Program-made: the position numbers and the translations under genes
Part shown: one piece after another, positions 49,919 to 63,600 of the stretch
How positions within the stretch are numbered: the first letter of the stretch is position 1
Layout: each line of letters begins with the position of its first letter
Origin: Sarea resinae
Taxonomy: Eukaryota
NCBI GenBank assembly: GCA_026026165.1
Contig: JAPEUD010000045.1
Coordinates: 62,001 to 126,000 of the forward strand
Length of the DNA: 64,000 nucleotides
Direction of reading: 5' to 3'
Notes under the pieces: model-generated
Database searches by the model: none
Told to the model about the DNA's origin: nothing
The model's input: the letters and a program-made list of their open reading frames with translations, nothing else

Positions 49919-52663
49919 ATGGATTCAAGATTTCATCGCCCTTCCTCGCCAGGCGGCCGTCGACTGGCGAATCCCATGAGAGTGACGACCGGCTCTGTGG
50001 GCTACAATCCACCTTACGATCCCTACTTTAGCACGTCACCAAGGACCAGTAGAGAATTGATCACGTCTCCTCGATCGAGCGGGGAGCGTTTGCTAGAGCC
50101 ACCCCGAGACGTACCCAGAAACTACAAAGACGACAATCTACTCACGCCTAGGGTCCGTGGCGAATACGCTCCGAGACCGCGACGAGCAACGCTTGACAAT
50201 AGAGATGCAAGGAGACCCGCCAATATACTTGCACCAAGCTCGCCCAATCGAGCACGACCTATAATTCACGGTGCCAGCGGCAACGAGCGACCATCGAGTC
50301 CTCTTGCTGGCTACTATAACTCGAGCGACGAAGGCGACCAATATTATGTGACGCCAGCTACCTCTGGACATCGGAAATCGCACCGCAGAATCTACAGTGT
50401 GGATAACGACCAGGTTGGTCGTGTACAGAAGCCGGTGGAGAGACCAAGAGAGACCAAAGTTGCGAGGACCTCCGACGTAGGACCCGTCAGTAGAGCCTTC
50501 GCTCCAAACGGGGTTCCTGCGAGACTACCAGATAGTGACGAGGATGCATATGGCTATTCATACATGGATTCCCGTGAGCCCACTTACGGAGACCTTGCTC
50601 GACCGAGGAAACGGCCCGAGAGCTACGAAGGCGGCAGGTTAGATAGACCTTTAAGTATGACCGGTTTGGAAGACTATCTTCCTCGCGTGTCAAATCCCCG
50701 TGAGCTCGGCCCTCCTCCCTCCACACGCGGTTTCGAGAAGCTAGGCCGATCATCGAGCGTCAGGCAAGCTCCACGACAGCCATACCCCGACGAACTCTCT
50801 TTGCCAGGATTTCCGACAGCAAGGGAAGCTGATCTCTTCGAGGCACCGGCTTCTCGGGTTCCAAGCCGCCGGCCAGTTTCTCTGCACCAGGAACCTCCTG
50901 ATGATGCGTATCCGCCTTATCAACCATCTTTCCAAGACTACGATGATGGTGGCAGCAGATATCGACGTCCTCATCCTTATGATAGTGACATCGAAAGACG
51001 AGGCTTCGGTATTCGAACAGAGAGTCTAGACCGACAACTACCTCCAGATGAGAGAGTCGATCGGGCGATTCTTCCACCTCCACCACCTCGCGACCCAAGA
51101 CCGCCAGAAACAGTTGAAAGGCGTGATATAGAGGACGAATATCAAGAGCAAAAGAGGCGCGTAAGAGAAGCTAGAGAACTTGAGATTCGTGAGCGTGAGG
51201 AGGAACTTCGTGAGCAGCAACGCCTTCGAGAATATCGAGACAGGCAGGTCTTCGACGGAAAGGTCATTGAGGATGGCGAGCGAAACAGGGATCGCCCAAG
51301 GAGAGAGCCCAACGACAGAGAGATACCGGGAGCGGAACGTCCCCGTCGCGGGGATCGCCCCGAAGATCGGGAGCGCACCTCAAGTGACGAAGAGCGTCGA
51401 GAGCGCCATGAGCGACGCAAGGAACGACGAGAGAGAGAGGCACTGGAACGCGACGCAATAGAAAGAGATGGCCGGGAGAGAATTGCAAGGGAGCAGCTCT
51501 CTTCTGATCGGGATCGTTCTCGAGACCCTAGAGAGAAGATCAGGGATGGAGATATCGCCGCGCGCCCGCGAGACCCTAGAGAAAAGATCAGAGATGGAGA
51601 TATCGACTCACGCTCTCGAGATCCTAGAGATAAAATCAGGGAAGGAGATATTGACGTGCGCACTCGGGACCCCAGAGAAAAAGTTCGGGATGGCGGAATC
51701 GATGTGCGCCCTCGGGATCCTAGAGAGAAGGTCAGGGATGCAGATATCGACTCACGCTCTCGAGACCCTAGAGAGAAGGTCAGGGATGTAGATATCGACT
51801 CGCGCTCTCGAGATCCTAGAGAGAAGGCCAGGGATGGAGCCATCGACCGTGATGGCGATTTGCGGCTAAGAGAACGTGAGCGGGAGTCGCGTCATCGAGA
51901 TCGCGAAGAGGAATCTCCGACGGAAGATGAGCGGCGCTCTCGTGAAGCCCGGGATCGCCCTCTTCGCTCTGATAAGCCGATCCCCTTCGAGTCCCAGGAT
52001 ACAGGGAGAGAAGACAGAGAGAGCAAAGTCCGTGTGGCATCTCCTCCTTCGGTGGAGAAGCAGTCCGAGGTGCCTATCAAGGGTATACTCAAAGATCCAA
52101 AGCCAAAGTTTCCCGAAGATCCTGCTCCTATACGCGAGGGTGTCGCGCCTCTCAAAGAGGCTGGCAAGAAGGGCATACCACCGGGTGCTCGATGGACCAA
52201 GATCGATAGAAAATTAGTGAACCCAGAGGCTTTAGAAGCAGGGCACGAGCGATTTGAAGAAAGGCCCGACTATGTCATTGTGCTTCGGGTCTTGACAAAG
52301 GATGAGATCAACGCATACGCAGTGAAAACACATGAGATTAGAGGTAAGAGCCGAAGATGACATACATCGTACGGACGCTGGCTCAATGTGGCTTCAGAAG
52401 AACGATACGAGAGGGATCAGCGAGAGCGGTCTACATATAGACCCGATGAACGAGAAATGAAAGCGATTGAGGCCCCGGAAATGGCGGAGCCTCGAGCTAT
52501 TGAGGCGCCGCCAAGTAAGAGCACGCGGTACACTGTGCCAGCCGAAGTTCCTCAGCGCGCCGAGCCAGCCCCCGTCGATGGCCGACTGAGGGAGAACCCC
52601 GAGATGCCTGGAACCTACGTCGGTTACCGGAGGAATCCCCCGCCACCACGGCAGCAGCGATAG
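49919..52663 (+). CDS. Disordered Arg/Asp/Glu mixed-charge protein with a conserved C-terminal domain (DUF8035-like)
   Basis: Long ORF from MDSRFHRP. C-terminal GIPPGARWTKIDRKLVNPEAL..FEERPDYVIVLRVL block. Intron 52344-52397 joins the final exon. Confidence 0.8.
51518..51850 (+). repeat. Coding minisatellite, 7 x 48 nt (16-aa unit SRDPREKIRDGDIDSR)
   Basis: Seven imperfect tandem units read directly from the sequence. Confidence 0.9.
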
Positions 52664-53839
52664 TATGTGATTTGGACGAAAAGAGATGTCGAGGTCATGG
52701 GTCTTGCTAACAGACGGTAGTTATATGTCTGGGCCAACGGGGAATAAATGAAGGCTCATTCTTTTTCTTTCCTTCGCACATGCATTGCTTGCTTTTACGA
52801 GTCATCGTGTTTTCAGCGTTGCTTGACTTGACGCAGGATGTCATGTCGTGTCACGGGGTAGAGGAGCCAAATCCAAGATAGCAAAAGTGATCGAACAATG
52901 CGTGCGGTGCAGGGTGATGGCGATGGTCGAATGCGTCGAGTATGATCTGATGCTTTGCGCAATATCAACAGAAAGTAAGATATAGTAGTCGCTGTCGTGA
53001 CTGCTTGCTGCGCTGTGACGTGGGTGTGTCCAATCGCCAAAGCACTGGGCTCGGCCGTCAGCGACGGGTCCAATTGATGGCTCGATGGTTGATCCATCAT
53101 CAATCAATCGTTGATGTTGTTTGTTGCACCACGCCATCCGCATCCACCGCGCTGCATATTGCGGCACCACATGATGAGCCCTACTATGTGCCAAGGACGA
53201 CGGTCGTCGAGCTTCATCGCGTTGGCACCGTCCCTCGTTGGTAGAAGAGTGCGGAGTACTGCGCACCTCGGTACTCTCACGAAAGATGCACTATCCCGCA
53301 TGCCACAGCACGAAGTACGCAGTACCACGCACGGGGTACTCTACATAGTATGTCCCCACGTGTGGGGCTCCAGGCTCATCACGGCCATGCCGATCCACCA
53401 CATCGACCCTCGTCCGACGGCTCCACGCCCGTACTACGAAGCGTTTCCGAGCTGACTGAGGAGCACCAATGCCTGACATGTGATGTTGATATCTCGACAT
53501 AGGGCTATGGGCGCCGAGGCCATTCATGATGGTGCTGCCTGTCGGGGGCCTAGGGGGTAGTCTCTGCGAACAAGACGGCAGTAAATGAGGCGATGCTGCT
53601 GCTGCCTGCCTGGCTAGGGATGCAGCTACCGGCTCTCAGCCCTCAGCTTCAGCCCTCAGCCCTCAACATGCAACTCTCAGACTCTCATATATATATATAT
53701 ATATATATCCGCCTGATCTGCTACCGGGCGGACGGCAATCGTTAATTGCAATTGTCTTGTTCTCACTTTCTCCATCACAACTGTTCTCGTCGCCGACCCC
53801 TGCGTCGTCTTCAATTCCATCATTCCGCTCGTCAGCATC

Positions 53840-55763
53840 ATGCCCGCCCACACAAAAGACATGAACGGCTCAGCCGCAGCTCACGCAAAAGTGGCAGATG
53901 TAGCAAATGGGGTAAGAGTGTCAAAGGCATATGAGATCAACAATGCCAATCCACGCAACTGCACCGATGCCGCACTTGCGTCGGCCATCCATGCACGTTA
54001 CCCGCATCTCATCCTGACCATCACTTCGATTGAAAAATGCGATCTGATTGCCTACGCCAAAGCGGGTCATGCTGTCGCCGAGCTGGACAACAGCGAGGGT
54101 CATCCGCTGGTGACTCGAAACTTTGTCGCGACCGTCAGACGCTTCGAGGAGAGAAACAAGGGCGATCTTGACGAGCATGTGATTTTTGCCAAATATCAGT
54201 ATCGATGGGGAGAGCATGATCTCATCGTATATTGCGCCGAAGGCCAAGAGGGACCATGGGGTGATACTAACAATCACTACGTCTTAAGCCATCCCCAGGG
54301 AGATGAGAACGTCTATGGGAACTCGAGTGTAGCCGAAAAGCTGATACTCGATGCATCGGTGTATACGGCGGAGCTGCATGAGGAGGTGCTTGTCTATGAC
54401 GAGGGTCAGTGGAATAAAGATAAGAATGTCTGGCGGGAGATGCAGACGGCTTCGTGGGATGATGTGATCTTGAAGGATGAGATCAAGCATGCTTTGACCG
54501 ATGATATCCAGTCATTTTTCGATAAGAAGGCCATCTACCGGAAATTCGCCGTGCCATGGAAGGTATGGAGACAACCCCATTCGTCGTTCATCCGGCCTCT
54601 AGTTCTCATCTTTGATTCCTTTCGTTTTCTATGCTTGTACTGATAGGAATAGAGAGGAATCATCTTCCACGGGCCCCCGGGAAACGGAAAAACTGTCTCT
54701 ATTAAAGCAATGATGAATACACTATCACGCCGTCCGGGCGCCGACGCCATCCCTATTCTCTACGTCAAGACCTTTGAAACCTGCAGTTCCTGTTACGGGC
54801 CCGAGGTGTCGATCCGCAAGATCTTTATGAAAGCCCGAGCCACGGCGCCTTGTCTGCTTATCTTCGAAGATGTCGACAGTCTCGTTACCGATGATGTGCG
54901 AAGCTATTTCCTGAATGAGGTGGATGGATTGGCGAGTAATGATGGAATTTTGATGGTGGGCACGACGAATCACTGTAAGTATCTTAATGTTGGAAAGCAC
55001 TTGAGAAGACGGTCTTGCTGATTTGATAGTGGAACGTCTCGATGCCGGCATTTCCAAACGCCCAAGCCGCTTCGACCGGACTTATCTCTTTGACAACCCC
55101 AACGGAGAGGAGCGAGTTCAATATGCCGAATACTGGAGGTAGGCTTGCCGATTTCATATAGGACATACTCGTCCTCCGTTCCCTCTACCCCATTTTCTTT
55201 TGAAAAGGTATCAAGCGGTTCAGCTGACGATCCCCAGGGAAAAACTCGCATCCAACCCCTCCATAACCTTTCCCGCTCATCTCTCCCAAGCAATCAGTAA
55301 CCTGACTGCCGACCTCTCCTTCGCCTTTATGAAAGAAGCCTTCGTCGCCACTCTGCTCCTCATCGTGACGAGGGGTAGCTCCGACACGGCAGGTCATAAT
55401 GGAGATGCCGCACCCAATGGCACCGCTAGAATCAACGGGAATGCGGATAGCAAGACGCAGTCGAAAGGAAATCCCTCGGAAGATGGAGAAGACGACCCAT
55501 CCCTCTCACACCTCATCCTCTGGCAAGAAATGCGGAAGCAAGTCAAAGCGCTACGCGCCTCGATCGCGGCGGAGGAGGAGCTGGAGAAATCCAAAGGGGA
55601 AGGAGGCAAGGCCGATGTGGCTGTCAAGGGGAATGACAGCGTCCGGTCATGGCACGATACCTTTCGGACAGTATCTGAGATGGTCGCACTGGGTGTCATC
55701 TTTCAAACTGCGTCGTGGGCTTCGAGACGGTTCCTTGTGTTTGGAGGCTCAAAGACGGGGTGA
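53840..55763 (+). CDS. AAA+ ATPase (single AAA domain, fungal family)
   Basis: Walker A GPPGNGKT, Walker B LLIFEDVD, FLNEVDG, and SRH TTNH..LD..RPSRFDR. Introns at 54563-54652, 54975-55029 and 55139-55237. Confidence 0.9.
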
Positions 55764-56149
55764 TGCTGAACAGATGGGATGCGATGTTGCTGGCGAGCCG
55801 CGTATGGCTGCGGATCGGATGGGATACGAGACTAATGGCAAAGCTCTGGAAAGGAAGGGTAGCATTTCTAAAAGGTAGTGGTGGTGGTCGTCGTCATCAG
55901 TGTCATCGTTGTCTGCCCGGACAGATGGATAGATTGCTTGCTCGAGCCGAGAGAAGATGCGACTGTCCAGTGGGCGGCGTCTGTGCTTCCCTGGCTACTA
56001 CAGCTGGCTATAATTACAGAGTATTCTAGCTCGAAGACTCAATACATTACCCTGATATTTGTTGCCAAGGTGGCGTTGTCATGAGTGAAGTGAAAATCAT
56101 ATCAGGGACGGGAGATTTTCTGAATCTTCTTTCCTGGCTCGGCCTTTAC

Positions 56150-57035
56150 TTGCCCTTTTTTCCTCCTGGGGTATAATACTGTGCCTTTTTTTTTCTTCGC
56201 GCGCTCTCTGTCTATGTATCCTTTGTTTCTATATTCCTTTGCTTTAGACTTAGTTGACTACCTAGGCTTTTCCTGTCTTCTCTTTCTTTCTCTCTCTTTT
56301 CCTTTCTCTCTTACTTCCTACCTCCTCTTTCTACCGCTTCTTACCTCTCTCTTCTTCTCTGCTTCTCTTCTTCTCTTCTTCTTCTCTTCTTCTCTTCTTC
56401 TCTTATTTCTCTCTCCTTTTTTCCCTCCTCTTTTACTCTCCTCCTTCACTCTCCTTCTAAATCCCCTCCTCTTTTCCTCTCCTTTAAAATCTCCTCTCCT
56501 TAGATTCTTCTTTCTTATATATAGAGTCCTCTCTGTTGAAAATTCCCTCCTTACTTTCTTTTTCATCTTTTTTCCCTTTTCTTTTACTTGACTATTCTCT
56601 ATCTGTCTAAGGAATTGGATTTCTTAGAAGAGATAAGAGAGGGCAGTTTAAGATAGAGGTAGGAGTAGGTAGAAGAGTAGGTAGAAAGAAGAGAAGAAAA
56701 GAAGCGAGATAGTCTTCTTCTTCTTCTTCTTCTTTTTCTATCTAATAGGATTATTAGAATCTTTACACTAAATCCTCTCTCTCTCTCTCTCTCTCTCTCT
56801 ACTAACCTACCTCTCTAACCCTCTAACTCTACTACCCCTTCTTCTCTAATCTCTTGACCTACTAAATAAACCCTGAAAAAAATCTTCGATCCCCTTGAAT
56901 TATTAAAAACAATTCAAGAAATTAGCATTAAAAGCCCTCTTCAACCCTATCCTTTTCCTAATTAGATTTTCTATTCTCAAGTAGTCTAGAGAGAAGCTTT
57001 AAGGTTTTTACACCACTACCACCACCACTACCACC

Positions 57036-57068
<33 letters not shown>

Positions 57069-57500
57069 TTTTTTACTCTAGTGTATATAATAGGGCTAGG
57101 ATGTATACGAGTAACATAAAATAGAGAGAGAGAAAGAGTAAAGTAAGATAGATGGATAGAGAGGGTAGACTAGAAGTAGAGTAGAGTAGAGTAGAGTAGA
57201 GCAAGGAAGTCTATCAAGTAAGGTTCAAAGCGCAGAAAGATAGAGAGAAAAGTCCAAGTAAACACAAAGACATCACAATCACCCTCGACCCCAACCTCAA
57301 CCCCAACCTCAACCCCAACCCTAACCTCTCGATAACCTCTCGACAACCTCTCAAACAACCCGACCAGGGCATGCCCCAGGCCCCAGGCCCCAGGCTCCAG
57401 GCGGCGGCGGCGCGGCGGCGGCAGCGGGAGTCAGGATTGGGGTTGAGGGGCCAGGCCGGGGAGGGTGGGAGGGGGAAGGGGAGGGGGGAGGGAAGGGGGG
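56150..57500. repeat. AT-rich low-complexity tract with alternating pyrimidine/purine blocks, (CAC/CTA)n, ending in a G-rich run
   Basis: Read directly; TpA-rich and CpA-poor by eye. Confidence 0.75.
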
Positions 57501-58032
57501 GACCAAAGAGCTTAAGCAAGAAATTCCATCTCCCAGGACCACTGTAGGTACTGCGGTACGAAGTACGAAACTATCGAGGTGCTGGGGGCAGTTGGAGCTA
57601 CAGAGAGCTACCTTAGGTACCCGTAGAGAGCTTGAGCTCGAGCTCGGACGAGCTCGCTGGCTGGCTGGCTGGCTGGCTGTTTACGGTACCAGTACAAAGT
57701 ACAGTACAATACGAGCAGAGTTGACTGGAGCTAGGGAGCTGAAGCTCTGGGGAGGGAGCTGGAGATACCTACCTACCTTCCTTCCTGCCTATCTGTCGAT
57801 CTACTCTGTATATGTAATGTATGTACGAATAGGTAGGGTATGTAGTACTGAGTAGACATAAGCAACCACCACTGGCTGCCCCGTCCTGCTGTCCTGTCAG
57901 TCGTCGGTACCGCAGTCGAATCATCGACTCTACTCTATGATCTACTTTATGCCCTGCGATAATCTAGCCTGTCCTCCCCGTTCCCCCTTACCCCCGCCGC
58001 TGCATTAGATTAATAGACAGAAAAGTGACAAG

Positions 58033-58034
<2 letters not shown>

Positions 58035-58081
<47 letters not shown>
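58035..58081. repeat. (CA)n microsatellite
   Basis: About 23 perfect CA units. Confidence 0.95.
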
Positions 58082-58083
<2 letters not shown>

Positions 58084-60591
58084 CTCTAGTCGTTCCGTTC
58101 AAGGGCCTCGGCTTGGCTTGTCCTTGACCTTTGGACTAGAATACCGAAACCATCCCAGCCAGCCAGCCTAAACAGACCAGGTTGGAAATTCTCCGAGAGG
58201 GCTTGCTTTCTTGCTTGCCTGCCTGCTTGCCTGCTGCTTGATAGTACTCTACGTGCCAGACCAGGAGCCCAGTCTCCCCAGTCTCCCCCATCCCCTATCC
58301 CGCTTCTACGCTGCGCGGCCAGACAGGCTTCCCCGTTCGCTACAGTTCCTGTCCATGACAGATTACATTCATCCCAGGCCCTATTCGTTACAGGCTGCTT
58401 GACTTGGTAGCCTGCCAGATCGGAGCGAGGGTTGCTTGCTAGAGCAACTGCGTGAACCGTCGCGTGCGCACGCTCATCAAACAGGGTACATTACCGTAGT
58501 CCTGATCAATCGACTCTTCTCCACAAAACACAATACAGCACAGCAAGCAACACGCGGGCGCGCGCGTCTGTTCGCTCCCAGAGATGATTTGGGAGTTTCG
58601 GGCAGGAGATATCCGAAAGTGTGCAAGGAAAAGCGCGTCAATCAGTCAGCCAGCAGTGGCGTTTATCAATACACCCGTGCTGTGCAACTCAACCACTTCA
58701 ACGTTGTTTTCTCCTCTGGGCTTTCCGTCCGGTCATCCGTCGCGCTCCGTCGTTATCGTCGTCGTCGTACGACCGTGATGAAATCTTGACTATGTGCAGA
58801 TAATCCGAAGAGAAGCGAACGAAACGCGTAGTCCGTTTTTCTCCCCTTGTCCAACGGCAGGATACCGAGATTGTCGTCAATCCCATAAAGAGAGAAGCTG
58901 GCCGAACCCCGCGAACATTCGTCGTATCGTGCCCTATCTATCGTACATGTGCCTTGGTGATGCTGAACGGTGATGATGATTCCTGCAGCTCGCATATTCC
59001 ATACCTACGTGCATATCTAGCTGGGTAGATTGCTCGGTGTCACGCCAGCCCTCTGCACGATGCACCCGACTGCAGAAAGTCAGCTTACTCGATCGTTCGT
59101 CTTTGTAAGTAGGGTGCTGCACATAGAGCACGTTAAGATCTTCATCAAGCGATCATGTTGACTGTCAACGCACATGGTCGGCGCATAGACATTGCTTCTT
59201 TAGGAGGAATCCGATCGTCTGGAGTCACGATTCGTCTCAAGTCTTATGTAGCATCCCCGAAGAGATAAGAGGAATGCCATCCAGTCTGTCAGCAGTAATT
59301 TCCACATCCAATGATAGGCTCAGAGTGATGGGTTATTTCCTGGATTATTTCCATGCTTGGACGATGGCACCCGCACCTCGAAGTCGTACCGTCACACGCC
59401 TGGGCCTGCCGAGTTGTTTACTTGACCGATCTGACCTTGCCTCCGCAGTCGAGTACATATTCTCCATGCGTTTTCCTACGCAGTAGTTGAACGTTTGTGC
59501 TAGGATGACAACCCTCATTATTAGCCCAAAGGATCCCTGCGCGCAGCCTGACCCTATCCTTGCTTAGGGGAACGGGGAAGCGACCGAGCCGGTCCGACCT
59601 GGGCTGGCAGTTCGAGCACAGTTCAGTTACGGCTTTCGGGCCTGCGACCTACTATGAGCATCCTTGCAAAGTAGCCAGCAACGGGCGCCACATTGGTCGC
59701 CAAAAGGTCTCAGGATCTGGAACAGCGATTTCCAATCAAGGACGGAAGAAATGGGCTAGGACAGATGAATCGTGCTAGGCCGTTATATCTCGGCCTAGAA
59801 TTAGGGTGCTGCGCTGAGCACAACTCCCGAAAACCTTCCCGCTGCACCAGGCCGAGGGAAGTAGGTAGAGGGCAGACACTTTATTTTGGGCGTCGTGCTG
59901 ACTGTTAGTCTTGCAGCATCTCTCCATGTCGAAAGTGACCGGGCGGCAAGACCGATCACAGTCTAGTAATGCTTGCCTCGATGAGGAAGTGTTATCACGT
60001 CTCTTTGTTCTCTATATCGCTTGATCGCATGCTTCTGTTGACCTTTCATTCTCTGCGCATTACGCATTCGAGATTCATGCCGATCGGATCGAGGGAGCGT
60101 TCTGCTACTAACCTGCCGAGGTACCATCACGCATGATTTGCTTGCTCCGTTTTTGAATGTTAGCGTATGTCCTATTACTCGAGGACGACGAACGAATACC
60201 TCGAAAACGTCGAACACCTCGAAGTTCTAGTACACGCCATCCATGATTCTTGGGGCCCTGTATCGTGTCCATCTCAAGAACCAGGAGTTATGATCTTCCC
60301 TGGGGGCAGAGGAGATTCAGGTCGCGCTCGTCTGTCGTCGCACCCGTCCCGCACATGGAGCTCTTTACACATATCGTGAATCAACATCAGCCACCTCTCA
60401 CGACTCGCTCAATCGAATGGTGATGATAGCGGAGAAATCTCCGAGCCCTGTATAAGACGTGCATCTGCATAAATTTGAATTTCGCCATCTCTGACTTCCA
60501 TGTTCCGGTAGGGAGAGTACAGTAGAGTACAGCACGATAGCTGAAGGTACCTTACGGTCGGGGGGAAGACGGCGCTAGTCAGAGGCCAGAA

Positions 60592-60657
60592 GGGCTAACG
60601 GGGCTAACGGGGCTAACGGGGCTAAAGGGGGCTAAAGGGGCTAAAGGGGCTAAAGGG
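60592..60657 (+). repeat. (GGGGCTAAM)n tandem array with 8 G-tracts
   Basis: GGG-CTAAC-GGGG-CTAAC-GGGG-CTAAC-GGGG-CTAAA-GGGGG-CTAAA-GGGG-CTAAA-GGGG-CTAAA-GGG. Confidence 0.9.
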
Positions 60658-63600
60658 TCTTCGTTGCTCTCGCACCATCTCTCTGGATCCCTGTAATAGC
60701 CGAGGGTCTGCACCGGCTAATGTGTCGATAGATGTGCGGGCATATTCCCTGCATTATTTTCGGACGCCTTTTGACGCCATGCTCGAACGAGAATTAACAG
60801 GGCAGCTGAAGTCCAATCCCCCTCCTGCACTGCTGCCTGCATGCTGGTCCGATCTCAATGGGTCAATTGATGTGATTGATGTCCTTGCACCCCCCAGCCC
60901 TCCGTCCAATCCCTTCCTCCACTTACGCCGGAGTACTGATCATCAACCACCACCAGCAGCAACACCACCACCACCACTACCACCACCGCCATCATCACCA
61001 CCACTACCGCAGTACGGCCATCGCCCTGGACATGATTCTTCCGTTTAAAGATGCCCATCTAAAGAGATCGCCAGCTCATTCACCCCCCTTCGCCGTTTCA
61101 TCTGCGCCGACTAATCTTTGTTACGTCGCCTTCTCCAATTTCTATCATCAAGCCAACCGTTTCCCCCGTTGCTCAGATGGATAGCGATATCTGCTTGGTC
61201 GCCTGAATCGAGCCCGCCTCTGTCCTGATTCGTCCTGTCGCATGGAGAGGACTGACCTTCAGATCATCACCCGTCATGGATTCTTGTACACATCGCACTG
61301 GACCGAGCAGCTCTGGCTCTCTCGCCCCCTCTCGCTCTAGAAAAGTCCGAAGCCTCAGAACAGCTAATTTCCTGGAGCAGCAGCTGGGACCGATCAGGCC
61401 AGTGTCCGAGGATCTTGATGAATTTGAACATGCTTTCGGCTGGTATGCGATGTATGTAGGTAGTCCGGAGTAGTAAGGTAGCATTACTAGAGCACGATAC
61501 TAGGCCTCGTTGACTTTCAGATGCATCCATCCTACTCTAATAATACGACGAGCCACCGTCTCGGTACATGTCCGATGTTGCCGATCGCGTCCACGAAGGC
61601 CTTTGGCAGGTGTGTATCCGTAGCTTGGGACGGAGCTGGCCTAAAAACGTGCGGCCGATGTCGAGATTTGAGATGAGAGAGCTCTACTTTCCAGGGACTG
61701 AGCAAGATTGCCAATTAATGTGATATCGATGGATGGAGATCCCCTCTGTCCTAGGTGCAAGCAAGTAAGTCATCGAGACCCTTACATACATCGAAGCATG
61801 TCCGTAGCGAGCCATCGATCCCTGACCTACTCATGTACAATACCGTACTTCGTACATAGCGCAAAGGTAATGTGCCTGTGCCTGTGGCTGTCGGCGCCGG
61901 TATCTGTGCTTGACCTCGACTCTGACCATGGCATGACCATGACCATGTTGATCGTGAAGTCTGGACGCCATTGAAGTTGCTTATTCTCCGAGCAGGATTG
62001 CCGTCTTCTGTCTTCTATTTGCTTTTGTCCTTGCTGCTTTCGCCCGTGGTCACCCTGCCATAGCCGAAGCGGGAGATCCCGACGCACGAGGACGACCAGG
62101 ACGAGCATCAAGAGCTCCGGGACAGCACCAGCAGCACCAGCAGCACCAGGAGCACCAGGCTGCAGTGTACGGAGTACTGTACATTCCTCTGTACCCGTCT
62201 CAGCTACTCTACTTAGTACTCATCGTAGTACTCGAGGACTCCGTAGTGGCGCTCTCACTCATCTCTCTCGCCGGGATTCAGAGCGAGAATGGGTAAAGCT
62301 CCGGGGCCGAATCCCACGACCGTCTGATCGCTGCGGGATCCCTGCTACCATCCGTCCATCCATGGATATTCATCGGCGACCACATCGGGTCCGGATTGGA
62401 CAGCACGTCCAAGTTACGTACAGTACGTAGTAGTGACCACCATTGGGCATTCTGGAGTGATGAGCGTTTCGATTGGAAGAGTACCGGAGTATTGGCTCGG
62501 CCATCAGAAGCCGAGGACATCATTTCACCATCATCCGTACACGGTAGCAGTCGAACCTTATGTACCCGACTACCTTGCCTGGACCTGCCCGCGCACACAT
62601 CGAACCTGACTCGCGCGGAGACAAAACGGCTGCCGCGACCGTTGCTGGTGCCATAGTCATTAGGGCGTTTTGAGTTTGTTCGAGCTGCGGGTGCCACATC
62701 CCATCCCATCCCATCCCATCCATCTCGATGGCACGGACGGTGATTAGGTAGGCCTGGCCCTGCTGCAGCGGCGCCAGTGCGGTGCAGCTCAGTGAATCGC
62801 CTCAGCACGAATATCAAAAGCAGAAGCTTTTCTCGATGCTCATGGCGATATTGGATATCGAGACTGAACGAGCCGGGCAGCCTTACTATTCCCATGATTT
62901 GCACTATGACTAAAGCTCCTCGCCAATGGGATGTCCGTCGTATCTTGACTTCGCCTGCGGTCGCAGATAATGAGATATCTGCCCTTACCCAAATAGTAAA
63001 GTTCGTAGTAAGAATAGCAATAATTATGGGGTCGGCTGCCGGGTAGCATGGCATCAAACAATGGCATCAGTCGATAGGAGGCAGAGCAGAGATGAGATTA
63101 TCGATGAGCGGCGCTGGTTCTCGTCAGGTGCAGGAACGGAAGCCCTCGTCTGCATCTGATCTCGTCTCGACCTGTCTGTTATTCATACTGTTTCCGTTCT
63201 CGTGTCGTCGCAACGAACCTGAACTTTGGTCGAGAAGAAGTCGACCCGGCCGAATTTAGCCTCGACCGATATGCTCTGATCCAACCTAAAGTCTGTTCCT
63301 AGGCAAGCTCAGACCGTAGTCACCTCGTCCCTGCCCTCCCACGGCCATATGCTGCCCATAGGCATCCACATGCTCCCGCGATCCGCCCCAGTGCGATCCA
63401 CTCCGGATGCCATGTCGCATCAGGGCGTGGACTTGGGGCTTGGTGGCTCCTGGTCCTGGAAGGTATAAGGAAGAGCCGGCTCCTGTGGCGGCCGATCCTC
63501 CTGTGCCCAGCACTCGTACCGCTGTCCTTGATCGTCCACCAGCATCTGGCGTCTGCATTACCTTACATTACCTTGCCCGAACACCCCATGAGCTGCGGAG

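Noticed and set aside
51518..51850. CRISPR-like regular repeats
   Set aside because: Tandem coding repeats with no unique spacers, no cas genes, and a eukaryotic host.
60876..61184. Poly-His/Gln ORF
   Set aside because: Translation of a (CAC/CAT)n microsatellite with a non-ATG start and no domain.
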